Assembly (NCBI RefSeq): GCF_001194135.2
Contig: NC_068985.1
Span: 90,891,261 to 90,955,260 of the forward strand
Origin: Octopus bimaculoides
Taxonomy: Eukaryota
Length of the DNA: 64,000 bases
Direction of reading: 5' to 3'
Part shown: positions 27,600 through 38,624 of the stretch, piece after piece
Position numbering within the stretch: the first letter of the stretch is position 1
Layout: each line of letters begins with the position of its first letter
The notes under the pieces: model-generated
What the model saw: only the letters and a program-made list of their open reading frames with translations
What the model was told of the DNA's origin: nothing
Databases searched by the model: none
Made by a program: the position numbers and the translations under genes

Positions 27600-28700
27600 G
27601 CTAGGATTGATAAATCGGCAGCTTGGGTTACTTCGAGTAAGCCAAACATCAGTAGCACAAATCTTCAGATGCACACCCACCTCGAACAACATATGCCGCT
27701 ATTGAATAATCAGCACGATGGTCTCCCTTGTACTAGATTTTGTAGCTCACAACATGGAGTGGATTTTGCGTAGATAATGTTGTGAACCCGATTGAGTCCC
27801 TATCTCCGTCTACGAAGATTTGATATCTACTGAGTGCTTCCATTTTAACAATATTGCTTACTACTGCCTGTAACTTACGTTATTTTGTTCTTTCTTACCC
27901 GGTGCTTGCAAAGAAACTCAGCATCAAAAATCTCCCGCTCTCCCCAAACCCACACACGTTTTGGCTACGAAAGTAGATGCTTAGAGTCAACACCTACCAA
28001 CTCTCTGCTATAAACCCATTACACATCTCAGAAACCTTTGCACGTCTGAACTACCATGATTGCAGCAAATCACCATCAATGCAGAATCACCAGTAATTTC
28101 TTCTTCATGCTGCTGGTAGCTTCAAAGTAGTCGTCGATATACAAATTTGTTTATGTTGCTCATGTTGCTAGTCAATCCAGGAGACATCAACAGCCCATAT
28201 CAAAAGCGAGCCATATTACACGTGGCAAAATACCACGACAGTGGTTATTGATAATCGACCTTATCTGGCTTCTGTGTCATACCAAGGTTCTAACTCATTG
28301 ATGCTCACTCAGATGAGTCAAGTACACGTCTCAGACTTTACTATTGCATTTTTCTCATGAATTTTATAGTCGCTTTGCCTCTTACGAAAGAAAACACACG
28401 GACAGATACATCAAGTTTTCTTCCGCACCATATGCATGAAGTTTACTGCCTCATTATTTCAGCTGAAAGCATTAATTATCCAAAGTATTTAGAAACACAT
28501 TGCAAATAATAACATTTAAGCATTTAGTTTGTTCATGAAACCCTAGCGACAACGGCAGAACATCGGACATGAAAGCAATGTTTTGCTGCACCTTTGTAGT
28601 AAAACTGAAATGGAATAGCACCAAAATTATCCACCATTTATAACAATATCTGAAGCTTTTGCTACATTCATGCTGTAAAACAAACTGAGAATCACAAACT
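27600..28700 (+). pseudogene. Probable decayed Ty3/gypsy pol (integrase-like) relic
   Basis: Higher-GC island with scattered, frameshifted motif-like peptides in gypsy order: LIDAHS (cf. VVDAHSKW), HEFYSRF (cf. ELFSRFG), and TTGRT-like sequence (cf. TTGxSP). No intact ORF. Confidence 0.35.
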
Positions 28701-30550
28701 ACACCGGTTGTAACAGTTCATGGTACNNNNNNNNNNNNNNNNNNNNNNNNNNNNNNNNNNNNNNNNNNNNNNNNNNNNNNNNNNNNNNNNNNNNNNNNNN
28801 NNNNNNNNNNNNNNNNNNNNNNNNNNATGCAACGTCACATCCACCAGCTTTTTTTGTTATGGTATCGATAGTGTTCTACAATACCAAAACAGAAACTTGA
28901 AATCTCCAATAGTTTTCTGGTTTTCATTGATCAATTGAATGGCTACACCTAAAAGCTTTATTGGATATAATTGTACAGAAAGTATCCTACCAAAAATGTT
29001 AAAGTATATCTTCCCTTCGAATCTGTGAAATGATATGGTTCTAAAGATGCCTATATTATTTCTCTCGTTCTTACTAAGATTGTACATCTCTTCTGTGCAC
29101 GATAAAACGCGAATCCTAAATATTGATCCCATTTAAAATTGCGCTAGGCAGAAATACATAACTTCTAACATGAAGATGGGAATATATTTATGCAACCTTT
29201 CGTAGGATTGCTGGTTTAACAACGTGTTATTAGTACCCCTGTTTGCAGAAAAAAAAGTGCAACTGGTTATACAAAACTTAGATTCATACTGAGTTTCCAT
29301 TTTACATTCTTTTCTGGGACAGATTTTAGCTGTGCTACGCATTATGAATGTGTATACATGGTTAGGAGATTTGTCGCCTTAAGAAGTCTATTCATATAAA
29401 TTATTGAGTCGGTTGCATTTACAGCTGTGTAGAAGAATTGGTGTATATCTGTGCTTGTATTGGAAGGTTTAATATTCTAAATGATTTAGGTAGCTTATTT
29501 GCAATTCTACTCTATTTAAGCTGATCCTATTAAATGTTACTCTTAATCATAGCTAACTATATAATCCTATGACGACTGTTACTTTTCCAATGGATGCTGA
29601 AAACATAAATATCCATGTACTCTATTTGTATTTAATGTCATATCGACATGCTTTATTCTTTTTGCGAGAAACATCGAAAAGTAACAAATATATATTTCGG
29701 TTCCATAACTATCGTAATATCGTGTTCAGCTTTACAGATGTAAAGCTTACAGAAGCCTAAAGTTTGCATAAACATATTACCTAAAATCGGCCAACAATTC
29801 CTCGTTGTGGTGAAACCTCTTAAATTGCCACAAAATAATATTTGCTATTTAATACATATCGTGCTTGTTCTATTAGTAACGCTCAACACAATTTGTAATA
29901 ATTTTTTTTCTTTGCCAGCGAATTCCTTATTCAGGAATCTTGTAGGAATAGTGAAAAACAGTATGCCTTAATTTATCTTTAGATATATGAAAATGTACTG
30001 CGATTTATTCATCGAAAATCAAATGAAATACAGATAATATTAATACTATATTAGTTTTGAAAATGTGGTTTAGCAATGAATAATTGCTATTTAATATTAC
30101 TTGTTGCATATACACACGTCAATCACACCATAATTGGTTGAGCGAAAAGTAAATAATAAAATGATAGGAAGACAAAAAAAATTATTTTCACATCTGCAAT
30201 GATTCGTTACAATTGTTTCTGTACCAGCTCCAAATGCAACGTCAATTTAGGCAATAATCGGTAGAGAAAATTTATGTAATTTGTACGGTTTTACACAGCA
30301 GGGAGTCATTTCATCAGGCTTGCATCAAAGGTGTGCTGTTACATTGTACGTCATACAGATCTTGCTGTTGGGTTTATATCTGGAAGAAGCATAAACAATG
30401 AATGTAAGTGTGGTTATAGGATGAGTAAGTAGAGTAGAGATTATGTGTGGGGGGATAAAGAAGAAGAAAAAGAAAGAGGCTGAAGAAAAGATCAAGAACA
30501 GCAACAACATCAATGAGAATAGGAAGAAGAAGAAGAAGAAGAAGAAGAAG

Positions 30551-30816
30551 AGATGGGGAACTATGTACATTATTTACATTATCTACATTATTTACATTTG
30601 ACGGATATTTGCCCTCATCTTGTTTGTTATTAACACAACGTTTCGGCTGATATACCCTCCAAGCTTCATCGGGTGTCATGGGAAAATTTCGAACCTGGGT
30701 TCTCATTCCTGAGGTATTTTTCGATATTATTATTATTATTATTATTATTCTGGTTATTGCCTGGATTCGAACTCGGAATCTTGGGGTTAGTAGTCCGCGC
30801 TCTTAATGATTACGCC
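30551..30816 (-). mobile_element. tRNA-headed SINE family D carrying a minimal hammerhead-like motif
   Basis: Minus strand: GGCGTAATCATTAAGAGCGCGGACTACTAACCCC head, B box GAGTTCGAATCC (30763-30774), (AAT)n, body with hammerhead motif, (AATGTAAAT)-type tail, then (TTC)n. Homologous to 46018-46217. Confidence 0.85.
30631..30678 (-). ncRNA. Minimal type I hammerhead ribozyme motif (core U4->C variant)
   Basis: TGACAC-CCGATGA-A-GCTTG...CAGCC-GAA-ACGT-T-GTGTTA. Stem I TGACAC/GTGTTA gives 6 bp including one G.U. Helix III is only the palindrome ACGT. Predicted cleavage between 30637 and 30636. Confidence 0.6.
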
Positions 30817-30905
30817 AAAAATACCTTACGAATGATAACCCAGGACAAATATCCGGCAAATATAAAAAATGTAAATAATGTAAATAATGTACATAATTTC
30901 TCATT
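30817..30905 (+). mobile_element. Inverted, 5'-truncated, internally deleted second copy of family D abutting the 5' end of the first
   Basis: AAAAATACCTTACGAATGATAACCCAGG|ACAAATATCCGGCAAAT...AATGTAAATAATGTACATAATTTCTCATT. The deletion joins two AGG microhomologies and removes the hammerhead. Confidence 0.8.
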
Positions 30906-31060
30906 TCTTCTTCTTCTTCTTCTTCTTCTTCTTCTTCTTCTTCTTCTTCTTCTTCTTCTTCTTCTTCTTCTTCTTCTTCTTCTTCTTTTTCTTCTTCTTC
31001 TTCTTCTTCTTCTTCTGCTTCTCCTTCTTCTCTTTCTTCTTCTTCTCCTTCTTCTCATTC
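30905..31060. repeat. (TTC)n microsatellite; mirrored by (GAA)n at ~30522-30550
   Basis: Directly visible; explains the poly-L/R/K ORFs. Confidence 0.95.
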
Positions 31061-31339
31061 TTGTAGCTGTTGTACTTTTCTTTTTCGTCTTCATCCATTC
31101 AATCTTCAACCCAGATAAGCAGTCACCGTCCGAACGCTTACTGTAGCCCCTCCTGTAGGCCACAGCCTTGAAGCCTCCATTTCTACAGTTTATACTTCGT
31201 CATTTACCCACATATCATTGATCAGCAGTTATGATGTCAACATTTTGGCAGCCGGTGCGAAACATCATCATACAGGTAACTCTTTTCCATTATTCAGATG
31301 GCTTCCAGTCCTACATTTCTACTAACTTATTTTCAACTA

Positions 31340-31395
31340 CAACGGCATTGGAGAGCATAAATATTAAAGAATATGTTTGCTCTCCAATGCCGTTG
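31340..31395. other. Perfect 18-bp inverted repeat with 20-nt spacer
   Basis: CAACGGCATTGGAGAGCA (31340-31357) / TGCTCTCCAATGCCGTTG (31378-31395). Confidence 0.9.
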
Positions 31396-31619
31396 ACTGT
31401 TTGCATATACATGAAGCTCTTACTGAAAAAAAAGGAAGCATGATAAACATCAAATTCAGTTCAAACACACCCTAATCATATACTGATCATTCTCCGTAAC
31501 AACTGAAAACCCAAACCCCATGATAGCATCACTCTGGCATAAGATGGCGTAATACAACTCTTATATCAATTTCCTTTTCTTATGCATAAAAACAATTATA
31601 TCAACACATGAAAAATACG

Positions 31620-31638
31620 AATGCTGCTGCTGCTGGTG

Positions 31639-31693
<55 letters not shown>

Positions 31694-31770
31694 CACACCA
31701 ACAACTACTACTATTATAACTAACAATAATAATAATGATAATAATAGTGATGATAATAATAATGATGATG

Positions 31771-31842
<72 letters not shown>
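31620..31842. repeat. Compound trinucleotide microsatellite (GCT)(ACT)n(AAT/GAT)n
   Basis: Directly visible. Confidence 0.95.
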
Positions 31843-31843
<1 letters not shown>

Positions 31844-32218
31844 ACTACTTGACAATATAGAACTAGATTTATGATTAACCAATTATTTCTACTAGTCTTA
31901 TTTTCATCTTAACATTGATATTTCTCATAGACTCCAAGTGTAACAAAAAAATCGTTAATTATGCGAGAAAATATATTTCAATTTGATTTTCGTTAACTAT
32001 ATAAGAATTGCATCCTTCTGAAAGCAATTTTGATATACAAAAGAAGCTGGATCGTTTTCTAAATCATTAATATAAAGGAATGAAACATTTTGACAATTCT
32101 CAAGATGAAAAAATAGGCGATTTTTTTTTCGTAATATGAAATTTAGAAAGGACAAATAACTTAGTCCAATTTAAAATAGCGGATGGCAATGACAGAAATT
32201 AGATGATGTAGCACTCGG

Positions 32219-32463
32219 ACATACATACATACATACATACATACATACATACATACATACATACATACATACGTACATGCATGCATGCATACATACATAC
32301 ATACATACATACATACGTACATGCATGCATGCATGCATACATACATACATACATACATAAATACACATACATGCATACATACATACATACATGCATACAT
32401 ACATACATGCATACATACATATTTACGTACATACACACCACATACATATATACATACTTATGC

Positions 32464-32534
<71 letters not shown>
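32219..32534. repeat. (TACA)n/(TGCA) then (TA)n microsatellite
   Basis: Directly visible. Confidence 0.95.
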
Positions 32535-32538
<4 letters not shown>

Positions 32539-33756
32539 CACATACTTATACATTTATACACATACATGTGGAGCAGTATATGTGTTTAAGCATTTCAGTT
32601 GACACATATATATTCGTACACTAGTGCGCCTCCAAATTTGTATGAACGTATGATTTGGCTTATACACTTTTGAATGCGTAGAGATATTTCGATACTGAAA
32701 ACTCGTTATAATGCATTCCATCAAAGATTCATTAAAGAAAAATTTTCAAAACTCATTGAAAGGATGTCTTATCTTTTGCTTTATCTCCTTTTGCGTATAT
32801 TTCGCAATGCATAGAGTTCGCTTTCCAAATCTTCAACATTTTACTTTACACTTTATTTTACCTTTTGAATATAATTATCACGTTCACGTCTCTACATTCC
32901 TGGAAAGTTGCTACTGAATATGATAAATATAATGAATAGACCTCTTATAATGAATATAACTACACTAGCAACCAGACTCCAATCGCAGGAAAGAATGATC
33001 TTGCACCATGTAACTAATTTTCTCTTTGTGACTTAGGCTACTTGCGTTTGCGAGCATATATGAATACCCAGTTCTGAAACCCTGTAGAGCCTCAAAGTTG
33101 TATTAGCTGAAATGAGTGAGAGTTTTGCGAGCACAAGGCTACTATTTATTGCAGCTGACGGTGTTGGTGAAACGTCAAATAATACCTGCACAACGGGCGC
33201 CACGCATTTCCTGTTTCAGTAATTGAATCCACGATACTAAGATAATGTGCACAACAATTCTGCTTGGATCCACACGTTTTTTATATATAATAATTTAAGT
33301 TAAACAATGCATATCTAGACCTGTCAATCCCTTCTGCACCGCATAAGTCACACGTGCGCGCACCCGAATTCGTTACTGAGCATGGACATATTGATTTTAC
33401 GGGGAACTTAAATATAAACACTTCACTCTTTATATTTAAAATATAGCAGCTTGGACACAGACATGTGATACACTGCCGTCCGTTGGAAGAGAAGAAGGAT
33501 CATTAATATTCCCATAGCTTCTACCAAAATTACAAGTTCTTTGAAACTGCAAAAATTTTGATCATAACGCTATTGGTTAATTACACTAATGGCCCATAAA
33601 TCATCAACTACAACATCAAAAACATCCTAGATTTTAGTTTTTAAAGTGAAATCATATTTCCTAGTTCAAGAGAGAAATAGGTTTTGTTAGGTTTACAAAT
33701 GTGAAATTCTTAATCTAAAAGACGTGTTTGGATTAAAGTTTTAATTGGATTGGATA

Positions 33757-33945
33757 TTCTTTTCTACTCTAGGCACAAGGTCCGATATTTTGGAGGAGGG
33801 TCCATTCGATTAGGTCAATCCCAGTACACAGCTGGCGCTTAATTTATCGACCCCAAAAGGATGAAAAGCAAAGTCGACTTCGGCGGAATTTAAAGTCAGA
33901 ATGTAAAGACCGACGAAATACCATTAAGCATTTCGCCCGGCTTGC
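33757..33945 (-). mobile_element. SINE family B, 5'-truncated copy
   Basis: TTCTTTTCTACTCTAGGCACAAGG...CCCCAAAAGGATGAAAAGCAAAGTCGAC...TAAGCATTTCGCCCGG. Confidence 0.88.
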
Positions 33946-34042
33946 AATCGATAACACCCCACCATACATATCTATGTATGATATTATAAATTTGTCTACA
34001 CGCAATATAAAACCAAAATGAAAAATTCAATTGTCAATAATA

Positions 34043-34110
34043 GTGACTCGGGGTCCACGTTAACGCCTACATTGCTAGAAATAAGAGTCAATGAACTATA
34101 TAACCACAAT
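34043..34110 (+). mobile_element. Fragment of the terminal arm of the inverted-repeat family at 59879-60354
   Basis: AGTGACTCGGGG...TTGCTAGAAATAAGAGTCAA...ACCACA resembles AGTGACTGA...CTAGAAATAAGAGTTAAA...AGCCACA; TAGAAATAAGAGTCAA recurs at ~34379. Confidence 0.45.
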
Positions 34111-34426
34111 CATACCAGTCAATCGCCACACGACGAGTGACATATCTTTGCTGGCAAGCATATTTCGCTTGAAATTAAAGCTCACCGGCAGTACTACACT
34201 ATCGTTGATAGGTAAATCAAATCCTACATGTTAGTATATAGATTTTAAAATGAGAATCAAAGGCTGATTTAACAAAATGGTAATATGAAAATTATAAAAT
34301 ACTAAAAGCGAGCAGACACAATATAAAATCAAAAACAAAACATGCAATTGTAACTAAAAATGATTGGCGGTGCATGCTTAGAAATAAGAGTCAAAAACTC
34401 CTGTATTGACAAACATCACCATTCTC

Positions 34427-34576
34427 CGTACGACGGGCTTCTTTCAGTTTCCGTATAGCACATCCATTCACAATCTTCAGTCAGCCCGCTGCAATAGTAG
34501 AAGTCACTTACCCAAGGTGAGGCGTACAGGGACTGAATACTGAATCATCTGGTTGAGAAGCAACAATCTTGCCACA
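34427..34576 (-). mobile_element. SINE family C, 5' half
   Basis: Minus strand: TTCAGTCCC...CACCTTGGGTAAGTGACTTCTACTATTGC...ACGGAAACTGAAAGAAGCCCGTCGTA (CORE-like CCTTGGGYAAGT). Confidence 0.75.
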
Positions 34577-36321
34577 TATTCCCATACACAGCTCTTTATA
34601 CTTGAGTAAATGTTATATATGATGAAGAAGAATTCGATCTACAGTCACGAGGATATACAAGTCATATCTTGTGAACTAAGCTTATGCGTTAGAACGCTGT
34701 AACCTTCATTACAAGATTATTCGTATTCATGGCGTGTGACAGAGCACAGTTCTCATCCTTTTCACTCAGAGATTAAAGCAAATGCTAAATTCAATATACA
34801 TTTACTGTTAAATATTACGAATTTAATGTTTAATAAACGTTTTGTTTTATTTTCTATTAATATCTCACTAACTCTAACTTAAAAATCATATAAATATGAG
34901 AACACTTTAATTTGAGAAATTCGAATATTATCAAGTTCTTCCTGGTTGAACATGCACATATATATATATTATGTAAATAGACATCTGTGGGAACAATGCA
35001 CAATTTGCACATGATTTCCATAAGCAAATTCGAAATATGTAAAAATATGTAAAAGTAAAACAAAATACATTTTATGTGAAAGTATATTATTCATTTATGA
35101 TCAAATTTGTAAAGAGAAGTAAAATACAAAGTAAATAAATGAAGGAAAATGTGTTCCACGTATTGAAACAGGAAGATATCAGTGAATTGATTCAACGAAG
35201 ATGCATTGAGTTGCACACACATGCAGTGTGTTGCAGCAACTATTGATTCTCATGTTTGATATAGAGAAATATATTTGGCATTCATGTCGTATCCCAACGA
35301 GATTAACAATTGCTATTCCCTCAGAGAACAGAGTATTAGCTATAAAGTGAATGGTTATTAAACAGTAGGTATTTCCTAAAGGATTTCGTTGTTTGATGTA
35401 GTTTGCTAAAATATGTTTCATAGTTAAACATCGTTTACTATTTTCCGTATAGATTTAACTAGAAATGTATAGCAAATACAAGCTCAGGAATGTAACACTG
35501 CAGGTTATATTATCGGTCTAGCAATATCAAATAAAATCATCAACTACACCAATTTGTAATGTATATTGTCCTTCAATATGCGTTAACTTAAAGATTGCAT
35601 ATTTCCCTTCATTGATTACAATACAGTCCTATTTCTATAGGGGGAATTTTCAGTGATTTATAAATTTAGGAAGTGTTTATACCTGCAGTACATTTACGTT
35701 TCATGTTATAATCCATATATACGGTCATGCTTGTCCTTGGAGCTTCAGACGAATGCATGGAAAAAATACAATTATTTATGTAAACATATAATTGTGTGTG
35801 TGTGGAGGGAGATATAAAAACGTATGATAAACACATGAAGCAGTATATCTCATTTGTTTCCTACGTGCGTTTCGTCATTCAGACATATTTGCATTCTCTT
35901 CTGTGGGTATTCATAATGCAATAGAATGCGAAGTGGCAACATTTCTTCAGGGGAGAACTATATTAATTATGCTTACAAAGATTCAATGGTCTAAATACAG
36001 CAGCAGCAGCTCGGACGTTACACGTGTATACCGATCTTTCTATCTATTTCTCTCATTATTTCTGCATTTACGTACATGCATTCATTCATTCATGCATACA
36101 TGCATACATGCATACACACATACATACATACATACATACATACATACATACATACATACATACATAGATGCATACATACATACATACATACCTGCATACA
36201 TAAATGATGTACGTCCACTCCAGATAAATGGTAGTCTTTTTTGTGTATGAATACCGAAGACACCTAGGAGATTTTTGACGAAGACACTTGAATTTATATA
36301 TTAATACTATGTGTACCCAGG

Positions 36322-36393
36322 AAGGCAGTGAGGTGGTAGAACAGTTAGTAACCTGGACAAAAAGCTAAGCGGAATTTTGCCCGTCTTTACGTT
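36322..36393 (+). mobile_element. SINE family B, head fragment
   Basis: AAGGCAGTGAGGTGGTAGAACAGTTAG...GCTAAGCGGAATTTTGCCCGTCTTTACGTT. Confidence 0.55.
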
Positions 36394-36884
36394 TAATGGT
36401 TTGATGTTCTGTGGATTGGTGAAACAAGCATTTGTTGAAAACTGGAATGGACGTAATTGATGATGGAATAACATTTTGAAATCAATACTTTACGTGTTCA
36501 GGCTTTATGTCCTTTTTGCTGTTCTATTCAAACAAAGTGTAGTCCTTCTGTAGTTATTTTAGAGGATATATGCGACATGTGGATATGCTGTAGGCCGTTT
36601 TCTTGAGTTTGTTTCTGTTACTTACGAAGAAGTGTTGCCAATGAAAACGCAGTAAGCATTAAGAAGCAGCTTAACACTAATCACCCAAATATCTCTGCAA
36701 TTAATCTTTTACTTTGTGTCATGGTCATATACACACACATATACAGTCACATATACAAGCATACATACAGATACACATGGACAGCGTGTGCCCAATACAT
36801 AGTATAGAATATCTCTTTTGTTTTTGAAGCTGAAGCGAATAATTTGTCACGACTCGAGAGGTGTATTAATTAAGTATGAATGTG

Positions 36885-36923
<39 letters not shown>

Positions 36924-37098
36924 NNNNNNNNNNNNNNNNNNNNNNNNNNNNNNNNNNNNNNNNNNNNNNNNNNNNNNNNNNNNNNNNNNNNNNNNNNNNN
37001 NNNNNNNNNNNNNNNNNNNNNNNNNNNNNNNNNNNNNNNNNNNNNNNNNNNNNNNNNNNNNNNNNNNNNNNNNNNNNNNNNNNNNNNNNNNNNNNNNN

Positions 37099-37135
<37 letters not shown>

Positions 37136-37354
37136 GTATGTGTGTATGTGTATGTGTGTGAGTGTGTGTGTGTGTGTGAATGTGAGTGTATATTTGTGTG
37201 TGTGTGTTTGCGGATAAATATATTATTATTTCACAGACAGAGTGATAGTTATACCATCGTCCTGTAGCACCACAAAATTGATAACCTTCACCCGGCACGA
37301 ACAAGCAATGCCATTGTACGTCTGTCACCTCATTTGATACACTAGCTAACTCAC

Positions 37355-37465
37355 TGAATAGCATTTTCAAGCAGAATCTCCTTGCTTTCCACAAATTGTT
37401 CCAATTCAGACATCCAAATTTGATTGGGCTTCCAAGCAGTTCATAAGTTTTCAGCAATTTACTTT
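37355..37465 (-). CDS. Candidate internal coding exon of an unidentified host gene (111 nt, phase 1-1)
   Basis: Branch-like TTCTAAC ~35 nt upstream, acceptor CCTTTCCACAAATAG, donor CA|GTGAGT. Open frame (E)SKLLKTYELLGSPIKFGCLNWNNLWKARRFCLKMLF; length divisible by 3; non-repetitive island between microsatellites. Confidence 0.5.
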
Positions 37466-38421
37466 CTATTTGTGGAAAGGACCCGATATTAATCACAGTT
37501 AGAAATAAATGTATGTATACCCACGCACAAAAACACACACACACGCACACACACACACTCACACACACACACACATACACCCACACACACACACACACAC
37601 ACACACANNNNNNNNNNNNNNNNNNNNNNNNNNNNNNNNNNNNNNNNNNNNNNNNNNNNNNNNNNNNNNNNNNNNNNNNNNNNNNNNNNNNNNNNNNNNN
37701 NNNNNNNNNNNNNNNNNNNNNNNNNNNNNNNNNNNNNNNNNNNNNNNNNNNNNNNNNNNNNNNNNNNNNNNNNNNNNNNNNNNNNNNNNNNNNNNNNNNN
37801 NNNNNNNNNNNNNNNNNNNNNNNNNNNNNNNNNNNNNNNNNNNNNNNNNNNNNNNNNNNNNNNNNNNNNNNNNNNNNNNNNNNNNNNNNNNNNNNNNNNN
37901 NNNNNNNNNNNNNNNNNNNNNNNNNNNNNNNNNNNNNNNNNNNNNNNNNNNNNNNNNNNNNNNNNNNNNNNNNNNNNNNNNNNNNNNNNNNNNNNNNNNN
38001 NNNNNNNNNNNNNNNNNNNNNNNNNNNNNNNNNNNNNNNNNNNNNNNNNNNNNNNNNNNNNNNNNNNNNNNNNNNNNNNNNNNNNNNNNNNNNNNNNNNN
38101 NNNNNNNNNNNNNNNNNNNNNNNNNNNNNNNNNNNNNNNNNNNNNNNNNNNNNNNNNNNNNNNNNNNNNNNNNNNNNNNNNNNNNNNNNNNNNNNNNNNN
38201 NNNNNNNNNNNNNNNNNNNNNNNNNNNNNNNNNNNNNNNNNNNNNNNNNNNNNNNNNNNNNNNNNNNNNNNNNNNNNNNNNNNNNNNNNNNNNNNNNNNN
38301 NNNNNNNNNNNNNNNNNNNNNNNNNNNNNNNNCCACACAAGAAAAATATTTTAAAATCTTAAGCTACATTTTTCTCGAAATAACGAATGGAAAACTGAAT
38401 TTAAATATTCCTTCTTGCTCT

Positions 38422-38624
38422 TAGCAAAAAGGGCCAAAAATGTTGGGAAGGGGGCCAGTCGATTAGATCGACTCTAGTACGCAACTGGTACTTAATTCAT
38501 CGCCACCGAAAGGATGAAAGGCAAAGTCGACCTTTGTGGAATTTGAACGCAGAAAGTAAAGGGAGACAAAATACCGCTAATCATTTCGCCCGGCCTGTTA
38601 AGGTTTGTGCCAGCTCGCCGCCTT
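38422..38624 (-). mobile_element. SINE family B, near full length
   Basis: GGGGCCAGTCGATTAGATCGAC...GAAAGGATGAAAGGCAAAGTCGAC...GCCAGCTCGCCGCCTT. Confidence 0.9.

Noticed and set aside
33155-33180. CTGACGG...GAAACGTC hammerhead-like string
   Set aside because: Lacks A9, a stem II and stem I pairing, and has no repeat context; probably chance.
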